From: Nostoc sp.
GTDB taxonomy: Bacteria; Cyanobacteriota; Cyanobacteriia; Cyanobacteriales; Nostocaceae
Length of the DNA stretch: 64,000 bases
Direction: 5' to 3'
Assembly: GCA_036918135.1 (NCBI GenBank)
Contig: JBALDB010000067.1
Span: forward strand, 180,666 to 244,665
The translations under genes were made by a program, and so were the position numbers. The notes beneath the pieces are model-generated. The model had not been told where the DNA came from and did no database searches. It worked only from the letters and a program-made list of their open reading frames with translations. Positions 62,052-64,000 of the stretch are shown here, one piece after another (position 1 is the stretch's first letter; every line of letters starts with the position of its first letter).

Positions 62052-63542
62052 ATGAGCTTTTCCGGCATTACTGTCGAGCAACGTTCCAAAGAAATTGAGG
62101 CTCTCAAATCTTTTCTGGCTTACAGTCTGATAGGCTCACTGGCGCTGCATATCGGCGTACTGTCTTCAGGTATAGGTAATTATTTAGCGATAGCGCCTGA
62201 AGAGAATGATGAACCAATTGAGGTGGCGATCGTTGATTCTCCGACTACAGAACCAGAAAAACCACTTGAACAAGTTCTAGAACAACCCAAAAAAGAACCA
62301 GAGAAACTAGAACAACCCAAAATAGAACCAAAGATTGTACAAAAACAGCCTATAGAAACTCCACCAGTAGAAACTCGACCAGTCCAACAATTTGAAAAAC
62401 CAAAAATTCAGCCTGTTCAACAGCAACCAGAACGGACTACTCAAAGACCACAGCCACAAAATAGAGAAATTGCTGCCAAGCCACAAGTCCCGTTGAAAAC
62501 TGTTGCTCCTCAAAGCGGCGGTGGCGGCGGTGGCGGTGGCGGTGGTAGTTCAGTCCTGACAGGTAACTCTGGTAGTTCTGGCCCTGGCGTTGCTTTAAGT
62601 ACTGGTTCAGGTACAGGTACAGGTTCAGGAATTGGCTCTGGCTCCGGCAGTGGTACAGGTTCAGGAATTGGCTCTGGCTCCGGCAGTGGTACAGGTTCAG
62701 GAATTGGCTCTGGCTCCGGCAGTGGTATAGGCTCAGGAATTGGCTCTGGCTCTGGCAGGGGTATAGGAAATCAAGTAGAAAACCGTCCGACAGTTGCAAC
62801 AGCGCCAATAGCGCCAGCACCTCCAAAAATTAACAGTTCAGGTAATGGTAATGGTAGTGTAGATTGCCGCCCCAAATGTCGTTTCAACTATCCAGAGTCA
62901 TTTAGACGGCGAGGAATTGAAGGCCGTGCCGGTTTGAGTATCGATACTGACGAAAAAGGTAATGTCACTAATGTGCGGATAGCCAGTTCCAGTGGAAACC
63001 GTGAATTGGACGAAGAAACCTTGAGACAAGCGCGTGAATGGAAATTCAACCCAGTACAAGGTGGCAGACAAGGGGTGCGAGTCAACTCTGGGGCTTTTAA
63101 AGAAGGTTCACGGCAATACCGCCAATACCAACAAGAAAGAAAAAGAGAAGTAGAAGAAAGAACTCAGCAGGCAGCAGCACCCGCTAACTCCACACCGGAA
63201 AATCCAAGACGTAGACGACGAGAGTTGACACCCCCATCTAATGAAGCTACAGCCACAAGGCCAGCACAATCTCAATTGAGTCGTCGGCTGGCACCTCAGA
63301 GAAGAGGAACTATTACCTCAGGCTCATCATCTGAAGCGAGGATAAATCGTACTCAAGGAAGTGGTAGAGACACTCTACGCCGCATCCGCCGTGAACGAGC
63401 GAGTAATTCATCACAAAACTCACAACCAACTACAAATCGACGGCAGCGAACAGAAAACACTAGCCAAAATAAGTTGCGGGAATCTTTGCGCCGTTTACGT
63501 CAACAACCTCAATCGCAACCCGCTGCACCAAGTCAGCAGTAG
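62052..63542 (+). CDS. tonB: TonB energy transducer with Pro-rich and Gly/Ser-repeat linker and a long Arg-rich C-terminal extension
   Basis: N-terminal TM SLALH; PEK/QP-rich linker; TonB_C motif [24 protein letters not shown]. Divergent from exbBD. Confidence 0.9.
   Translation: MSFSGITVEQRSKEIEALKSFLAYSLIGSLALHIGVLSSGIGNYLAIAPEENDEPIEVAIVDSPTTEPEKPLEQVLEQPKKEPEKLEQPKIEPKIVQKQPIETPPVETRPVQQFEKPKIQPVQQQPERTTQRPQPQNREIAAKPQVPLKTVAPQSGGGGGGGGGGSSVLTGNSGSSGPGVALSTGSGTGTGSGIGSGSGSGTGSGIGSGSGSGTGSGIGSGSGSGIGSGIGSGSGRGIGNQVENRPTVATAPIAPAPPKINSSGNGNGSVDCRPKCRFNYPESFRRRGIEGRAGLSIDTDEKGNVTNVRIASSSGNRELDEETLRQAREWKFNPVQGGRQGVRVNSGAFKEGSRQYRQYQQERKREVEERTQQAAAPANSTPENPRRRRRELTPPSNEATATRPAQSQLSRRLAPQRRGTITSGSSSEARINRTQGSGRDTLRRIRRERASNSSQNSQPTTNRRQRTENTSQNKLRESLRRLRQQPQSQPAAPSQQ
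62616..62759 (+). repeat. 36-bp in-frame tandem repeat x4 ([12 protein letters not shown]) in tonB
   Basis: ggtacaggttcaggaattggctctggctccggcagt, three exact copies plus one variant. Confidence 0.9.
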
Positions 63543-64000
63543 AAATAAAAAAACTTACAAAAGAAGGCAGGAGGCAGAGGGCAGTTCTTGCTGGAGGAAA
63601 GAAGTATTAATTGAAAACTTTAGTTCTAAGTCATTGCCCAGTTTAAAAGAGGAATTGTATCTCGTGCTACACGTCTTGATACAAAGCGTCCTTGCTTCAA
63701 TCTCACATTTTAAAACGTGGGTTCCTCTTCTTTCCCGAATGTAATCTAAAATCGTTTTGTCATTTAGTTGTTAGTTGTCATTGATTCAGTGTTTTTCTGA
63801 TTATCATTGACTACTAACAACTTTTTATTTTTTATTGCTGATGGGTAAGTCCGATTTTTTGTGAACTCTTAAAAGGTAACGTAGAGCCGTCAAAGTTAAT
63901 ATTGGTTAACTCATATCTTGCACCTGGAAATATTGATGTCAAAACCACAACTAAGTGTAAGAGGAATTAATCGCTCAATTTCAAGTAAAAGAAGAGACAC

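Overview
AT-rich DNA from a heterocyst-forming (Nostocales-type) cyanobacterium, judged from many HIP1 GCGATCGC sites, heptameric STRR repeats, an AMIN-domain TonB receptor and a Uma2 gene. Bases 1-48037 are the 3' part of a large, co-oriented hybrid NRPS/PKS cluster that starts upstream of the window. The order is: NRPS (..A-T-C-A[Thr]-T); TonB-dependent receptor; PKS1 (KS-AT*-KR0-ACP-E*); NRPS (C-A[Gly] with an embedded luciferase-like monooxygenase-T); PLP aspartate 1-decarboxylase (PanP); three KS-AT-KR-ACP PKSs (the last with a dead KR); methyltransferase; terminal NRPS C-A[beta-Ala]-T-TE whose TE has a Cys nucleophile; two P450s lacking the I-helix Thr; TauD dioxygenase; sucrase/ferredoxin protein; MATE exporter; SDR lacking its catalytic Tyr; O-methyltransferase. 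Fur-box-like sites, the receptor and a nearby TEII-exbD-exbB-tonB block point to an iron-regulated metallophore. I cannot match it to a characterised cyanobacterial siderophore. The best new hypothesis is a kirromycin-like beta-keto/beta-Ala Dieckmann release giving an acyl-pyridone-type chelating head. Bases 48.7-59.4 kb are ordinary cyanobacterial genes with MITE/REP-like repeats between them. All product structures are inference from motifs read by eye; no database searches were run.
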